Of a DNA stretch of 60,203 bases, positions 1-10,725 are shown piece by piece. The stretch is taken from NCBI GenBank assembly GCA_944348085.1, contig CALVMU010000005.1:1-60203 (forward strand), read 5' to 3'. The notes below the pieces were generated by a model. The model ran no database searches, was not told the DNA's origin, and worked only from the letters and a program-made list of their open reading frames with translations. The DNA comes from an uncultured Clostridia bacterium (GTDB lineage Bacteria; Bacillota; Clostridia; Christensenellales; UBA1242). A program made the translations under genes and the position numbers. Within the stretch, counting starts at the first letter, position 1. Each line of letters opens with the position of its first letter.

Positions 1-74
1 AAGAACATATTAGACTACAAAATCTAACATGTTCTCTCTTTTTTATTTGTTGTCCGTTTTAATCAAACAACATC
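1..74 (+). repeat. Left copy of a 74-bp repeat, inverted at the other window end; contains a 13-8-13 hairpin followed by a T-run
   Basis: 1..74 is the exact reverse complement of 60129..60202; AGAACATATTAGA-CTACAAAA-TCTAACATGTTCT (1 arm mismatch). Confidence 0.95.
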
Positions 75-314
75 TATGTTCGCTCTTTTTTTTGTTGTCT
101 TAAGAGCAAGGTTGTTTGTCGTCTAAAAGTTTGAGTCAGAAAAACAGAAAAGGAGAGGAGAGTTGATTTGGCTTTGATTTGTCCTCTGCGCCGTTTGCTT
201 ATATGGTTTTGGCCTTGGCTGATTTAACGCCGATTTAAGCTGTATGCATAAAGGGTTATAATTATAGATTTCATTTTTATAAATTTGCATATTTTCAAAT
301 TTATATAAAAAATC

Positions 315-410
315 GATGAATATTTATACAAAAATCGCTTGCATAATTATAAAAAATGATGTATAATAATCAAAAATGCATGAATAAACATAAATTTATA
401 ATTATGCATA
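315..410 (+). promoter_or_regulatory. sigmaA promoter of argR-recN overlapped by several ARG-box-like sites (probable autorepression)
   Basis: TTGCAT(339)-17 bp-TATAAT(362); GATGAATATTTATACAAA (315), CTTGCATAATTATAAAAA (338), ATGAATAAACATAAAT (380) resemble TGAAT-N4-ATTCA. Confidence 0.7.
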
Positions 411-462
411 GAGGGCTCTTTCCCTTTAAAACAAAGGAGAATAGCGATTTTAGGAGAAGATT

Positions 463-915
463 ATGGCAAGAAGTGCTAGACAGTCAAAAATTTTGGAACT
501 TATTTCCACAAAAGAGATTGAAACTCAAGATGAGCTTGCGCGAGAACTTAAAAATGCAGGTTTTGACATTACGCAAGCCACCATTTCAAGAGATATCAAA
601 GAGCTTGGCTTGACCAAGATTTTGTCTTCGACTGGCAAATATAAGTATTGTTTTGTCGGTTCTGAAGAGCAAGTTATCTCAAACAAATACATAACAATTT
701 TCAAAGAAGCTGTCATCTCTGTCAAATCTGCAATGAATATCGCTGTTGTAAAAACTATGAAAGGCATGGCTAGTGGCGTTTGTGGTTTTGTTGACAAGCT
801 TAATCTTAACGAACTTATGGGTGCTTGCTATGGCGACGACACTGTAATGCTTATTTTTCCAACAACCATACTGGCTGGCGAGGCTGTGATGACTTTGAGT
901 GGAATGTTAAATTAA
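463..915 (+). CDS. argR: Arginine repressor
   Basis: TQDEL and TQATISRDIKEL wHTH motifs; C-terminal GDDT; upstream of recN. Confidence 0.95.
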   Translation: MARSARQSKILELISTKEIETQDELARELKNAGFDITQATISRDIKELGLTKILSSTGKYKYCFVGSEEQVISNKYITIFKEAVISVKSAMNIAVVKTMKGMASGVCGFVDKLNLNELMGACYGDDTVMLIFPTTILAGEAVMTLSGMLN

Positions 916-926
916 ACGAGGACAAA

Positions 927-2588
927 ATGCTACAAACTTTAAAGATAGAAAATTTTGCGTTGATCGAAAATCAAACTGTTGAATTTAAAAATGGCTTAAA
1001 CATTTTGCTTGGCGAAACAGGCTCTGGAAAAAGCTTGATATTCAACAGCATTCTTTTTGCTCTTGGAATGAAGGCTGACAAAACTTACATCCGCTCTGGC
1101 AAAAAGTTTATGAAAGTTGATGCGCTTTTCGTTGAGCTGCCTAGCGAGCTTCGTCAGTTTTTGGAGGATGCGGGCTTTGATTGCGAAGATGAGCTTTTGC
1201 TTTCAAGAAGCCTCAGCGAAGATGGAAAAAATGTTATCAGAGTCAATGGACAAATTGCGACCACATCAATGCTTAAAGAGATTGGACAAAGGCTTGTTGA
1301 CAGTTTTACTCAACATGAAAGCGTTTCGCTTCTCAATGTTAAAAACCATTTGACCATGCTTGATAAATTTGCTGGAGAAGGGGTTAAGCCACTTAAAGAA
1401 GAAATTTCTTCTTTGCTTGAGCAAATTGCAGAGATAAACAAAAAGATAAAATCGCTTGGTGGCGATGAAAGCGAAAGAGAAAGGCTTATCTCTCTTTTGA
1501 AATATCAGTATGAGGAAATAGAAAAAGCAGGGCTTCGTCAAGGTGAAGATGAAGAAGTCAAGGAAAGGCTGAAAGTTATGGCAAGCGCAGAAAAGATTTT
1601 TGAGGCAGTAAGTGCTTCTGAGGCGCTTTTGTCTGAAAACCCTGACAGTGCGATAAATGCGCTTCAAGAGGTTTCAAATGCTCTGTCAGCGCTGTCTAAC
1701 ATTGAAGTTTTGTCAGCCTTGAAAGAAAGACTTGACAGTTGCCGCTATGAGCTTGAAGATATTGTCTCTGCGCTTGTCGATGTGAGAGATGAAACCACTT
1801 TTGATGAAGGTGAATTTAACGCTTTAGATCAGCGCAATGACCTTATAAAAAGCCTATGCAAAAAATATGGTGGCTCAATTGAGGCCGTTCTTGAATTTGC
1901 CTCTAAAGCTAAAGAACAGCTCCAGTTGCTTGATGAAGGGCAAGAGCTTTTGGAAAAGCTGAACGCGCAAAAAGAAAAACTTGTTGCTCAACTTGAAAAA
2001 GTTGCTGACAAATTGACTGAGGCTCGAAAAGTTGTGGCAGAAGAGGTTGAGGGCAAGGTTGAAAAAGAGCTTCGAGAGCTTGGGATGAAATCGTCAAAAT
2101 TTACCATTCAAATTTCACCGCTTAAAGAAATTGGCCAAAATGGAAGAGATGATGTTGTGTTTAATTTCTCGGCCAATGCCGGTCAGGAAGTTAAATCGCT
2201 TTCAAAAACTGCGTCAGGCGGAGAGCTTAGTCGATTTATGCTGGCAGTGAAAAACATCTTTGCGGAAAATGGTTTGGCTTCAACGCTTCTGTTTGACGAA
2301 ATTGATGCTGGCATAAGTGGTGAGACTGGCAAGATTGTTGGTCAGAAATTGAAGAATATAACCAAATTTTGTCAAGTGCTTTGCATCACTCATTTGCCAC
2401 AAGTTGCTGTGTTTGGAGACAATTTTGTAAATGTTTATAAGCTTGAAAAAGATGGACAAACCTTCTCTGAAACAAAGATTTTGGATTTGGATGAGGCGGT
2501 CGAGGCGGTTGCTAAAATGACAGGTGGTGCAAACCCAACTGAGATTGCACTGAATCATGCAAGAGAGATGTTTAAGGATGCAAGATAA
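927..2588 (+). CDS. recN: DNA repair protein RecN (start ATG 927, not 825)
   Basis: Walker A GETGSGKS, SGGE signature, LLFDEID, ITHLPQVA; GAGG RBS before 927. Confidence 0.95.
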   Translation: MLQTLKIENFALIENQTVEFKNGLNILLGETGSGKSLIFNSILFALGMKADKTYIRSGKKFMKVDALFVELPSELRQFLEDAGFDCEDELLLSRSLSEDGKNVIRVNGQIATTSMLKEIGQRLVDSFTQHESVSLLNVKNHLTMLDKFAGEGVKPLKEEISSLLEQIAEINKKIKSLGGDESERERLISLLKYQYEEIEKAGLRQGEDEEVKERLKVMASAEKIFEAVSASEALLSENPDSAINALQEVSNALSALSNIEVLSALKERLDSCRYELEDIVSALVDVRDETTFDEGEFNALDQRNDLIKSLCKKYGGSIEAVLEFASKAKEQLQLLDEGQELLEKLNAQKEKLVAQLEKVADKLTEARKVVAEEVEGKVEKELRELGMKSSKFTIQISPLKEIGQNGRDDVVFNFSANAGQEVKSLSKTASGGELSRFMLAVKNIFAENGLASTLLFDEIDAGISGETGKIVGQKLKNITKFCQVLCITHLPQVAVFGDNFVNVYKLEKDGQTFSETKILDLDEAVEAVAKMTGGANPTEIALNHAREMFKDAR

Positions 2589-2749
2589 GGCGCGCTTTTT
2601 GCTTGGCGCCTTTTTTGTTTGCAAAAAAAGCGCCAGGCGGTGCGCCCTCGGGCTCAAAAACCGTGTTGGTGGGTTGATGCTTTTCTTTTGGGCCCGAGGG
2701 CGAAAACTTTTCTCGCGAGTTTTTCGCGAAAAAAGTTTTAAAGCGCGCC
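2589..2749. repeat. GC-rich four-way-junction (cloverleaf) palindromic element after the recN stop
   Basis: P1 GGCGCGCTTT/AAAGCGCGCC encloses hairpins at 2599-2640, 2643-2702 and 2703-2739. Confidence 0.8.
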
Positions 2750-2792
2750 GTAAAACCAAATCAACTTTTTTAAATTTAACCTCTTGAATAAT

Positions 2793-2827
2793 TTGACTTA
2801 AAAAAAATAATATAGTAAAATTTAATC
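2793..2827 (+). promoter_or_regulatory. sigmaA promoter, probably giving leaderless ruvC mRNA
   Basis: TTGACT-17-TAAAAT-6 nt-ATG; no Shine-Dalgarno. Confidence 0.7.
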
Positions 2828-3316
2828 ATGATAGTTTTAGGAATTGACCCAGGTTATGCAATTATTGGTTATGGCGTTTTAGACACAAGCAAATCAAATA
2901 TGCTGGTTGACTATGGTGCGATTATAACGCCAAAAGAAGACTCAATGCCAGTTAGGCTTGAAAACATCGACAAAAGCTTGAAATATTTGTTTGAAAAGTT
3001 CAAGCCAGATGTGGTTGCAATTGAAGAGCTTTTCTATTTCAAAAACCAAAAGACAGTCATTCAAGTTGCTCAGGCAAGAGGAGTGATTTTGCTTGCTTGT
3101 CAAAAATATTGCGGAAACATTTATGAATACACACCGCTTCAAATAAAGCAAGCACTCACTGGTCAAGGCCGAGCAGAAAAGGCGCAGGTGCAATTTATGG
3201 TTAAGGCGATTTTGGGGCTTGATAAAATTCCAAAGCCAGACGACGCGGCTGACGCGCTTGCAGTTGCCATTTGTCACAGCCAGTCAAGCCCAATGCTTAA
3301 CACAAACAGAGTTTAG
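2828..3316 (+). CDS. ruvC: Holliday junction resolvase RuvC
   Basis: LGIDPG, IEELF, PDDAADALAVA motifs. Confidence 0.97.
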   Translation: MIVLGIDPGYAIIGYGVLDTSKSNMLVDYGAIITPKEDSMPVRLENIDKSLKYLFEKFKPDVVAIEELFYFKNQKTVIQVAQARGVILLACQKYCGNIYEYTPLQIKQALTGQGRAEKAQVQFMVKAILGLDKIPKPDDAADALAVAICHSQSSPMLNTNRV

Positions 3317-3324
3317 GAGAAAGT

Positions 3325-3915
3325 ATGATATCTTTTTTAGTTGGCGTTATTGAAGAGAAAAATGAAAACGAGCTTGTGCTCGATGTAAACGGCGTAGGCT
3401 ATAGCCTTCAAGTTTCTTCGACCACTTTATCGTCACTTCCACTTGCTGGCGAAACGGTCAAGGTTTATACATATATGGCGGTGCGCGAAGATGGTGTGTC
3501 GCTGTTTGGCTTTTCAACAAAAGAGGAGAGAGGGGTTTTTTATAAACTTATTTCAGTCAGCGGTGTTGGGCCTAAAATGGCAATCACAATTCTTTCAGGG
3601 TTAAACTTGTCCGACCTTATTCTTGCAATAATTCAAGAGGACAGCAAGCTTCTTTCCAGAATTAAAGGACTTGGCAAAAAGACAGCAGAGCGCATTTGTC
3701 TTGAACTTAAAGATAAACTAGATGAGGCAAGCTCAAGTCAAAATCAGACTTTTGCTACTGACTATAACGAAGACGCTGTTCAAATGGCAACAGACACATT
3801 GATAAGCCTTGGAATCAATAAAAATGAAGCTTATATGCTTGCTCGCGCTAATGCTCAAAATGATGCAACGGCAGAGGAGATTATTTCAAAAGCGTTAAGG
3901 GGGTATAAAGGTTGA
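3325..3915 (+). CDS. ruvA: Holliday junction branch migration protein RuvA
   Basis: [28 protein letters not shown]. Confidence 0.97.
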   Translation: MISFLVGVIEEKNENELVLDVNGVGYSLQVSSTTLSSLPLAGETVKVYTYMAVREDGVSLFGFSTKEERGVFYKLISVSGVGPKMAITILSGLNLSDLILAIIQEDSKLLSRIKGLGKKTAERICLELKDKLDEASSSQNQTFATDYNEDAVQMATDTLISLGINKNEAYMLARANAQNDATAEEIISKALRGYKG

Positions 3916-4919
3916 ACGAAGAAGAGAGATTTGTGCAAAGCACAAAAAATTTGACAGATGCAGAAATTGAAAATTCGCTAAGACCAACTTCGCTTGATGA
4001 ATATATCGGTCAAACAAAAGTTAAAGAGGCGCTTAGTGTTTATATTCAGGCGGCAAAGTCAAGAAAAGAAAGTCTTGACCATGTGCTTTTGTATGGTCCT
4101 CCAGGACTTGGAAAGACCACGCTTTCGCACATCATTGCAAACGAGCTTGGCTCTCAATTTAAGGTGACATCGGGTCCTGCAATTGAGCATGCAGCTGACC
4201 TTGCTGCAATACTTACAAACTTAAATCAAAACGATGTTCTGTTTATTGACGAAATCCACAGGCTTAACAAAACAGTTGAAGAAATTTTGTATCCAGCCAT
4301 GGAAGATTTTGCGCTTGACTTTATTGTTGGAAAAGGTCCATCTGCAAGAAACATGCGACTTAAAATAAAACCTTTCACGCTTATTGGTGCAACAACGAGA
4401 GCGGGAATGCTTACAAATCCACTTCGAGACCGATTTGGTGTTATTTGCAGACTTGAACTTTACAGCGCTGATGAACTTAAAATCATTATCAAGCGTTCGG
4501 CTGGAATTTTGGGCATCAATATCGATGATGATGCGGCTGGTGAAATTGCAAAGCGTTCACGCGGAACGCCAAGAATTGCAAACAGGCTGTTAAAGCGCGT
4601 TCGTGACTATGCGCAAGTGCTTGGTGAAGGGCATGTAAACAAAGCAATTGCTGTAAAAACGCTTCAAGTGATGGAGATTGATGACTTGGGGCTTGACACA
4701 ATTGACCGAAAGATTTTGCTTACCATGATAAACAAGTTTGGTGGAGGCCCAGTTGGTCTTGACACGCTTGCTGCAACAATAAGCGAAGATGCCACAACTA
4801 TTGAAGATGTTTATGAGCCATATCTTTTGCAACTTGGTTTTATTTCAAGAACGCCAAGAGGCAGAATTGTGCTTGAAGGTGCTTATAAGCATTTTGGCAT
4901 GGAATATGTTGCTAAATAA
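3912..4919 (+). CDS. ruvB: Holliday junction helicase RuvB (TTG start)
   Basis: [26 protein letters not shown]. Confidence 0.98.
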   Translation: MNEEERFVQSTKNLTDAEIENSLRPTSLDEYIGQTKVKEALSVYIQAAKSRKESLDHVLLYGPPGLGKTTLSHIIANELGSQFKVTSGPAIEHAADLAAILTNLNQNDVLFIDEIHRLNKTVEEILYPAMEDFALDFIVGKGPSARNMRLKIKPFTLIGATTRAGMLTNPLRDRFGVICRLELYSADELKIIIKRSAGILGINIDDDAAGEIAKRSRGTPRIANRLLKRVRDYAQVLGEGHVNKAIAVKTLQVMEIDDLGLDTIDRKILLTMINKFGGGPVGLDTLAATISEDATTIEDVYEPYLLQLGFISRTPRGRIVLEGAYKHFGMEYVAK

Positions 4920-4952
4920 ATTTAATTTATAAGTTTTGATAAAGAGAGAGTT

Positions 4953-5999
4953 ATGTCTAACAAAGATAAAAAAGATTTGCTGAAAAAATCAAGTTATTTC
5001 TATAACTTGCCAGAGGAGCTTATAGCTCAAAAGCCAATAGAGCCAAGAGATAATTCTAGGCTACTTCTTTTTTGTCGTCAAACTGAAGAAATTCAAGATA
5101 AACATTTTTATGATATACTCGACTTTTTGCATAAAGGCGATGTGCTTGTAGTCAACAACACCAGAGTTTTGCCTGCAAGGCTTTTTGGCTATAAAGACAC
5201 TGGTGCAAAAATTGAAATTTTGCTTCAAAAACGAATTGACCTTACCACTTGGGAGGTTATTGCAAGACCTTTTAAGCGACTGAAAGAGGGAACTGAAATC
5301 CATTTTAGCGAAAATTTAAGCTTGACGGTTTTAGAGAAAAAAGAATATGGTGAGTGCAAGGTTAAATTCAATTTTACCGGCGCGTTTGAAGAGCGTTTAG
5401 ATGAAGTTGGGCAGGTTCCGCTTCCTCCATATATTCATGAAAAACTCAAAGATAAAGAGCGCTATCAAACAGTTTATTCAAAAGTTGAAGGCTCATCTGC
5501 CGCTCCAACTGCAGGACTTCATTTCACAAACGAGCTTCTGCAGAAATTGCAAGAGAAGGGAGTGGAGCTTATCGAAGTGCTATTGCATGTTGGACTTGGA
5601 ACTTTTAGGCCAGTTAAAGAAGACGACATCTTAAATCACAATATGCACAGCGAATATATTGAAATGACACAGGAGAATGCCGACAAAATCAACAAGGCAA
5701 AAGCTGAAGGCAGGCGAATAATTGCAGTTGGAACAACAAGTGTCAGAGTGCTTGAAAGTGTGGCGACAGAAGAGGGCAGAGTAAAAGCGTATAAAGGTGA
5801 GACAAGCATTTTTATCTATCCTTCTTACAAATTTAAGATCGTTGATGGGCTTATAACAAACTTTCATTTACCAGAAAGCACTTTGATTATGCTGGTTTCC
5901 GCATTTGCAGGTTATGACCAAACGATGAAAATATACAATCATGCAGTGAAAGAGCGCTATAGATTTTTCTCTTTCGGAGATGCGATGTTTATATACTGA
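4953..5999 (+). CDS. queA: S-adenosylmethionine:tRNA ribosyltransferase-isomerase
   Basis: LPEELIAQ, AAPTAGLHF, TNFHLP, YRFFSFGDAM. Confidence 0.97.
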   Translation: MSNKDKKDLLKKSSYFYNLPEELIAQKPIEPRDNSRLLLFCRQTEEIQDKHFYDILDFLHKGDVLVVNNTRVLPARLFGYKDTGAKIEILLQKRIDLTTWEVIARPFKRLKEGTEIHFSENLSLTVLEKKEYGECKVKFNFTGAFEERLDEVGQVPLPPYIHEKLKDKERYQTVYSKVEGSSAAPTAGLHFTNELLQKLQEKGVELIEVLLHVGLGTFRPVKEDDILNHNMHSEYIEMTQENADKINKAKAEGRRIIAVGTTSVRVLESVATEEGRVKAYKGETSIFIYPSYKFKIVDGLITNFHLPESTLIMLVSAFAGYDQTMKIYNHAVKERYRFFSFGDAMFIY

Positions 6000-6073
6000 T
6001 TTTGCATACTAGCACAATATATTGCATTTATGCGTGCAGAATACCTACAAGATATATATAATGGAGTGAATAA

Positions 6074-7201
<1,128 letters not shown>

Positions 7202-7292
7202 AATTTCTTGTTTTTTAGTTTTGATATCGTAGCATATTTGCTACCTTTTTTATAATTTCAAAAACAGAATAAAATATTATTTTGAAATTTGT

Positions 7293-7321
7293 TTGACTTA
7301 GAGTTTTATATTGTTTATAAT
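7293..7321 (+). promoter_or_regulatory. sigmaA promoter for rny
   Basis: TTGACT-17-TATAAT. Confidence 0.7.
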
Positions 7322-7449
7322 TATATCAGGTGTTTTAATAATTTAAGTTGTCGTCAACTTAATTGAAATATATTTATGGCATTACTTGGGTTGATGTCAA
7401 CCAAAAATTTTTAAGATTAACCGAGTTTATTTTAAAGGGGAACTAAAAA

Positions 7450-9042
7450 ATGTACAACAGTGTTAGCATGCTTTGTGACGCTGTTGCTACCGCAGGTGCC
7501 GTTGCTGGTGTTTGTGCCTTTATAGTTGGCGCATTAATCGGCTTTTTTGTGTATAAGTTTGTAGTTGGCAAAAAAATAAGCAAAAACAAATCTAGTGCAT
7601 TAAAGATTATTGAAGATGCCTATGCGGAAGCAAAGAGCGTTAAAAAAGAGTCTCTTTTAGAGGCAAAAGAAGAAGCTCAAAAAATTCGAGATGAGGCAAA
7701 TAATGAGGCTAAAGAGCGAAGAGGTGAGCTTCAAAAACAAGAGGAAAGACTTGACCAAAGAGAAGAATATATCACAAAGAAAGAACAACTTCTTGACACC
7801 AAATCTGACCAACTTGAAAATGAAAAACAAAAACTTGAAAACGAAAAATTGAAACTTAACGAAAAACTTGACGAGCAAGAACAAATCAAAACTCAAATGC
7901 TTGAAAAACTTGAAAAAATTTCAGGTCTTTCAAAGAAAGAGGCCAAAGACATCTTGATTGAAAGCATAACCGATGAGGCTAAAAAAGATGCAGGCGCGCT
8001 TGTTAAGCAAATTGAAGAAGAGGCAAAAGAAAATGCTGAACGCAATGCTAAAGATATTATTGTTTCAGCAATTCAGCGCTGTGCAACTGACCTTACAAGT
8101 GAAATGACTGTCACTTCGGTGGCTCTTCCAAATGACGAAATGAAGGGAAGAATTATCGGTAGAGAGGGCAGAAATATTCGTTCTATCGAAAGCGCTACAG
8201 GAGTTGAACTTATCGTGGATGACACACCTGAGACAATAACTATTTCAAGCTTTGATCCTTTCAGAAGAGAGATTGCAAGGCTTGCACTTGAAAAGCTTAT
8301 TGTGGATGGAAGAATTCATCCTGCAAGAGTTGAAGAGGTTGTTGAAAAGGCAACTATTGAAGTTGAAAAGGCGGTTAAGGAAGCAGGTGAAAACGCTTGC
8401 AATGAAGTTCAAATTTACAACTTAAATCCAGAGCTTGTAAAAGTTTTGGGAAGACTGAAATATAGGACAAGCTATGGTCAAAACTGCTTGAGACATAGCG
8501 TTGAAACTTCTATTATTGCTGGGCTTATCGCAACTGAACTTGGAGCAAATGTCGCTGTTGCAAAACGCGGTGGTCTTCTTCATGATATCGGCAAAGCTCT
8601 CGACCATGAGATTGAAGGCACTCATGTTACAATCGGTGTTGACCTTGCCAAGAAATACAAAGAAAGCGAGGCGGTTATTCACTGCATTGAAGCGCATCAT
8701 GGCAATGTTCCATTCCACAGCATTGAAGCGATTATCGTGCAAGTGGCTGATGCCATTTCAAGCACAAGGCCAGGCGCAAGGCGTGAAAGCTTTGAAAACT
8801 ATATCAAGCGCCTTGAACAACTTGAAAGCATTTGCAACGACTTTAAAGGTGTTGAAAAATCTTATGCTATTCAAGCTGGAAGAGAAGTGCGCATAATGGT
8901 TAAACCTGAAGAGATCAGCGATAACGATGCAATGTTTATGGCTAAAGAGATTGCAAAACGCATTGAAAATGAAATGCAATATCCTGGTCAAATCAAAGTC
9001 AATGTTATTCGTGAGTCGCGTTTCTCAGACACTGCAAAATAA
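7450..9042 (+). CDS. rny: Ribonuclease Y
   Basis: N-terminal TM, coiled coil, KH (KGRIIGREGRNI), HD domain (LLHDIGK). Confidence 0.97.
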   Translation: MYNSVSMLCDAVATAGAVAGVCAFIVGALIGFFVYKFVVGKKISKNKSSALKIIEDAYAEAKSVKKESLLEAKEEAQKIRDEANNEAKERRGELQKQEERLDQREEYITKKEQLLDTKSDQLENEKQKLENEKLKLNEKLDEQEQIKTQMLEKLEKISGLSKKEAKDILIESITDEAKKDAGALVKQIEEEAKENAERNAKDIIVSAIQRCATDLTSEMTVTSVALPNDEMKGRIIGREGRNIRSIESATGVELIVDDTPETITISSFDPFRREIARLALEKLIVDGRIHPARVEEVVEKATIEVEKAVKEAGENACNEVQIYNLNPELVKVLGRLKYRTSYGQNCLRHSVETSIIAGLIATELGANVAVAKRGGLLHDIGKALDHEIEGTHVTIGVDLAKKYKESEAVIHCIEAHHGNVPFHSIEAIIVQVADAISSTRPGARRESFENYIKRLEQLESICNDFKGVEKSYAIQAGREVRIMVKPEEISDNDAMFMAKEIAKRIENEMQYPGQIKVNVIRESRFSDTAK

Positions 9043-9092
9043 TTGAAATTTAAATGGGCTGTTGGGTTTTAATTGTTTATGATCATTGAGGC

Positions 9093-9224
9093 CACACGAA
9101 AGGCTTTCGCCAAATGCTTTTGGCGAAAAAAACCTCTGCTAAAAATATGAAGCGTTTATATTAAATTCAAAAACATAAGCAGAGGGCAGTGCAGTTTTCA
9201 AAAGAAAACTGCGCCTTTCGTGTG
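9093..9224. repeat. Second four-way-junction palindromic element, between convergent rny and xer
   Basis: CACACGAAAGGC/GCCTTTCGTGTG encloses TTTCGCCAAA/TTTGGCGAAA, CCTCTGCT/AGCAGAGG and GCAGTTTTC/GAAAACTGC. Confidence 0.8.
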
Positions 9225-9237
9225 TTTTTGTTGCATT

Positions 9238-9280
9238 AAAAAAGAAGACTTGCTTAAAATATCAGCAAATCTTCTCTTTA
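9238..9280. terminator. Probable bidirectional intrinsic terminator
   Basis: AAAAAAGAAGACTTGCT...AGCAAATCTTCTCTTT hairpin between convergent genes. Confidence 0.55.
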
Positions 9281-9354
9281 AAATGTGAAGCATATTTCCT
9301 TCACGGTTATATCATGTGCAGATAGAAAAGATTTATGCATAAATTTATAAAATT

Positions 9355-10404
9355 TTATTCGTCGTCTTTTCTCAGTTGCAAAACATTTGCAACGCTTTTT
9401 CTCATGTCTTCATTGATGGCTGCATAATGTTTTCTGGTGGTGTTGACATCTTTATGTCCAAGCACATCTGCGACAATATAAATATCTTTAGTTTCGCGAT
9501 AAAGATTTGTGCCAAATGTGCTTCTAAGCTTGTGCGGAGAGATTTTTTTGAGAGGTGAGGCAATTTGAGCAAATTTTTTAACTAAGTTTTCAACGGCTCT
9601 TACAGAAATTCGCTTGTTCTGAAGAGAAATAAACATCGCCTTTTCGTTTTGATCAAGCTCTAAGGTTGCTCTTTTTTCAAGCCATGTTTTAAGAGCGCGC
9701 GCAACTTCATCTGAAAAATATAAAACAGATTTGTTTCCACCTTTGCGTGTTGCAACAAAAGCATTTTCTTTAAAGTCAAAGTTGTCAACATCCAGTCCGA
9801 CAAGTTCTGAAATTCTTATGCCAGTTCCTAAAAATAAAGTGATTATCGCATTGTCTCTTTCAAAGGTGTTTTTGTTATAAGATTTTTGCTTTTCTGTAAA
9901 TTCAACAGGATTTTCGACCGCATTAAGCATTTTTTCAACTTCATTTTGCTCAAGCCTGATAATTTCTTTGTTATGCAACTTTGGTGTTTCGATTTTGCTC
10001 ACAACATTGGAAGAAATTTTGTCATGATTGAAAAGATATTTGAAGAAACTGCGCAAAGAGGCAAGTTTTCTGGCTTTTCCGCGTTCTTTGTTTTGGCTTA
10101 TCTTGTTGTTTTCGCCGTTATAATAGCTTAAGTAAGACAAAAACTGTTCAATATCGCGCGATTTTAGCTTGTTTAAATCATCATAGGTGATAGATTGTTT
10201 GTCTTTTTTAAATACAAACTCGGCAAGATAGTCATAAAAAACATTTAAATCCATTGCATAGTTATATCTTGTTAATGATGAGGTGTTGTTTTCAATTCCA
10301 ATAAAGAAATCTAAGCAATAGTCGGGGAGTACCTCCAAATATTTGCCCATTTTAAGTCTGTTTTTTAAATCTCTTTGTTCATAATATGATAATTTGTTTT
10401 CCAT
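9355..10404 (-). CDS. Xer-family tyrosine recombinase (XerC/XerS-like, probably for chromosome dimer resolution)
   Basis: Catalytic set TGIRISE, RKGG, HKLR, LGH...Y; no phage or ICE neighbours; ATG 10404 lies 6 nt after TATAAT. Confidence 0.9.
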   Translation of the reverse strand: MENKLSYYEQRDLKNRLKMGKYLEVLPDYCLDFFIGIENNTSSLTRYNYAMDLNVFYDYLAEFVFKKDKQSITYDDLNKLKSRDIEQFLSYLSYYNGENNKISQNKERGKARKLASLRSFFKYLFNHDKISSNVVSKIETPKLHNKEIIRLEQNEVEKMLNAVENPVEFTEKQKSYNKNTFERDNAIITLFLGTGIRISELVGLDVDNFDFKENAFVATRKGGNKSVLYFSDEVARALKTWLEKRATLELDQNEKAMFISLQNKRISVRAVENLVKKFAQIASPLKKISPHKLRSTFGTNLYRETKDIYIVADVLGHKDVNTTRKHYAAINEDMRKSVANVLQLRKDDE

Positions 10405-10410
10405 GATTGT

Positions 10411-10438
10411 ATTATAAAACATTTTTTAAAATTTTCAA
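10411..10438 (-). promoter_or_regulatory. sigmaA promoter of the xer gene (leaderless)
   Basis: TTGAAA-16-TATAAT-6 nt-ATG. Confidence 0.65.
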
Positions 10439-10450
10439 AACGATTTGGCT

Positions 10451-10529
10451 ATCTATGCGTAAAATTCTTGCAAAATCAATATAATGAGGCTATTATGCGC
10501 ATATTACCTACAATATATTGATTTTTGCA
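10451..10529. promoter_or_regulatory. dif-like half site plus long imperfect inverted repeat upstream of xer
   Basis: ATCTATGCGTAAAA (10451-10464) is identical to the arm at 13545; ~30-bp arms centred on GCGC at 10497-10500. Confidence 0.7.
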
Positions 10530-10676
10530 TATAAAAAGATTGAAAATTGAAGTAAAAATCGAATAGATAGAGTGTGAAAATTTAAAATTTGAAAGGTTGG
10601 CTTGAAAGTTTATAAACAAAAAATTTTTTAAAAACAAAATATTTTGTCGATTATTATATTAATTATTTCTTTTTAT

Positions 10677-10705
10677 TTGACTATTTTGAAAAAAAAATGT
10701 AAGAT
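10677..10705 (+). promoter_or_regulatory. sigmaA promoter for serS (short leader, no T-box)
   Basis: TTGACT-17-TAAGAT, 20 nt before ATG. Confidence 0.6.
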
Positions 10706-10725
10706 ATAAAATAAGTGAGGCAAAT

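Noticed and set aside
2280-2787. ORFs 2557..2787 (+) and 2280..2759 (-)
   Set aside because: They run through the palindromic element, have no RBS and overlap recN
1-2827. LexA (GAAC-N4-GTTC) boxes for recN/ruvC
   Set aside because: No correctly spaced site seen in the upstream non-coding regions
10520-10725. T-box upstream of serS
   Set aside because: No GGTGGNACC motif; the promoter is only ~20 nt from the start codon
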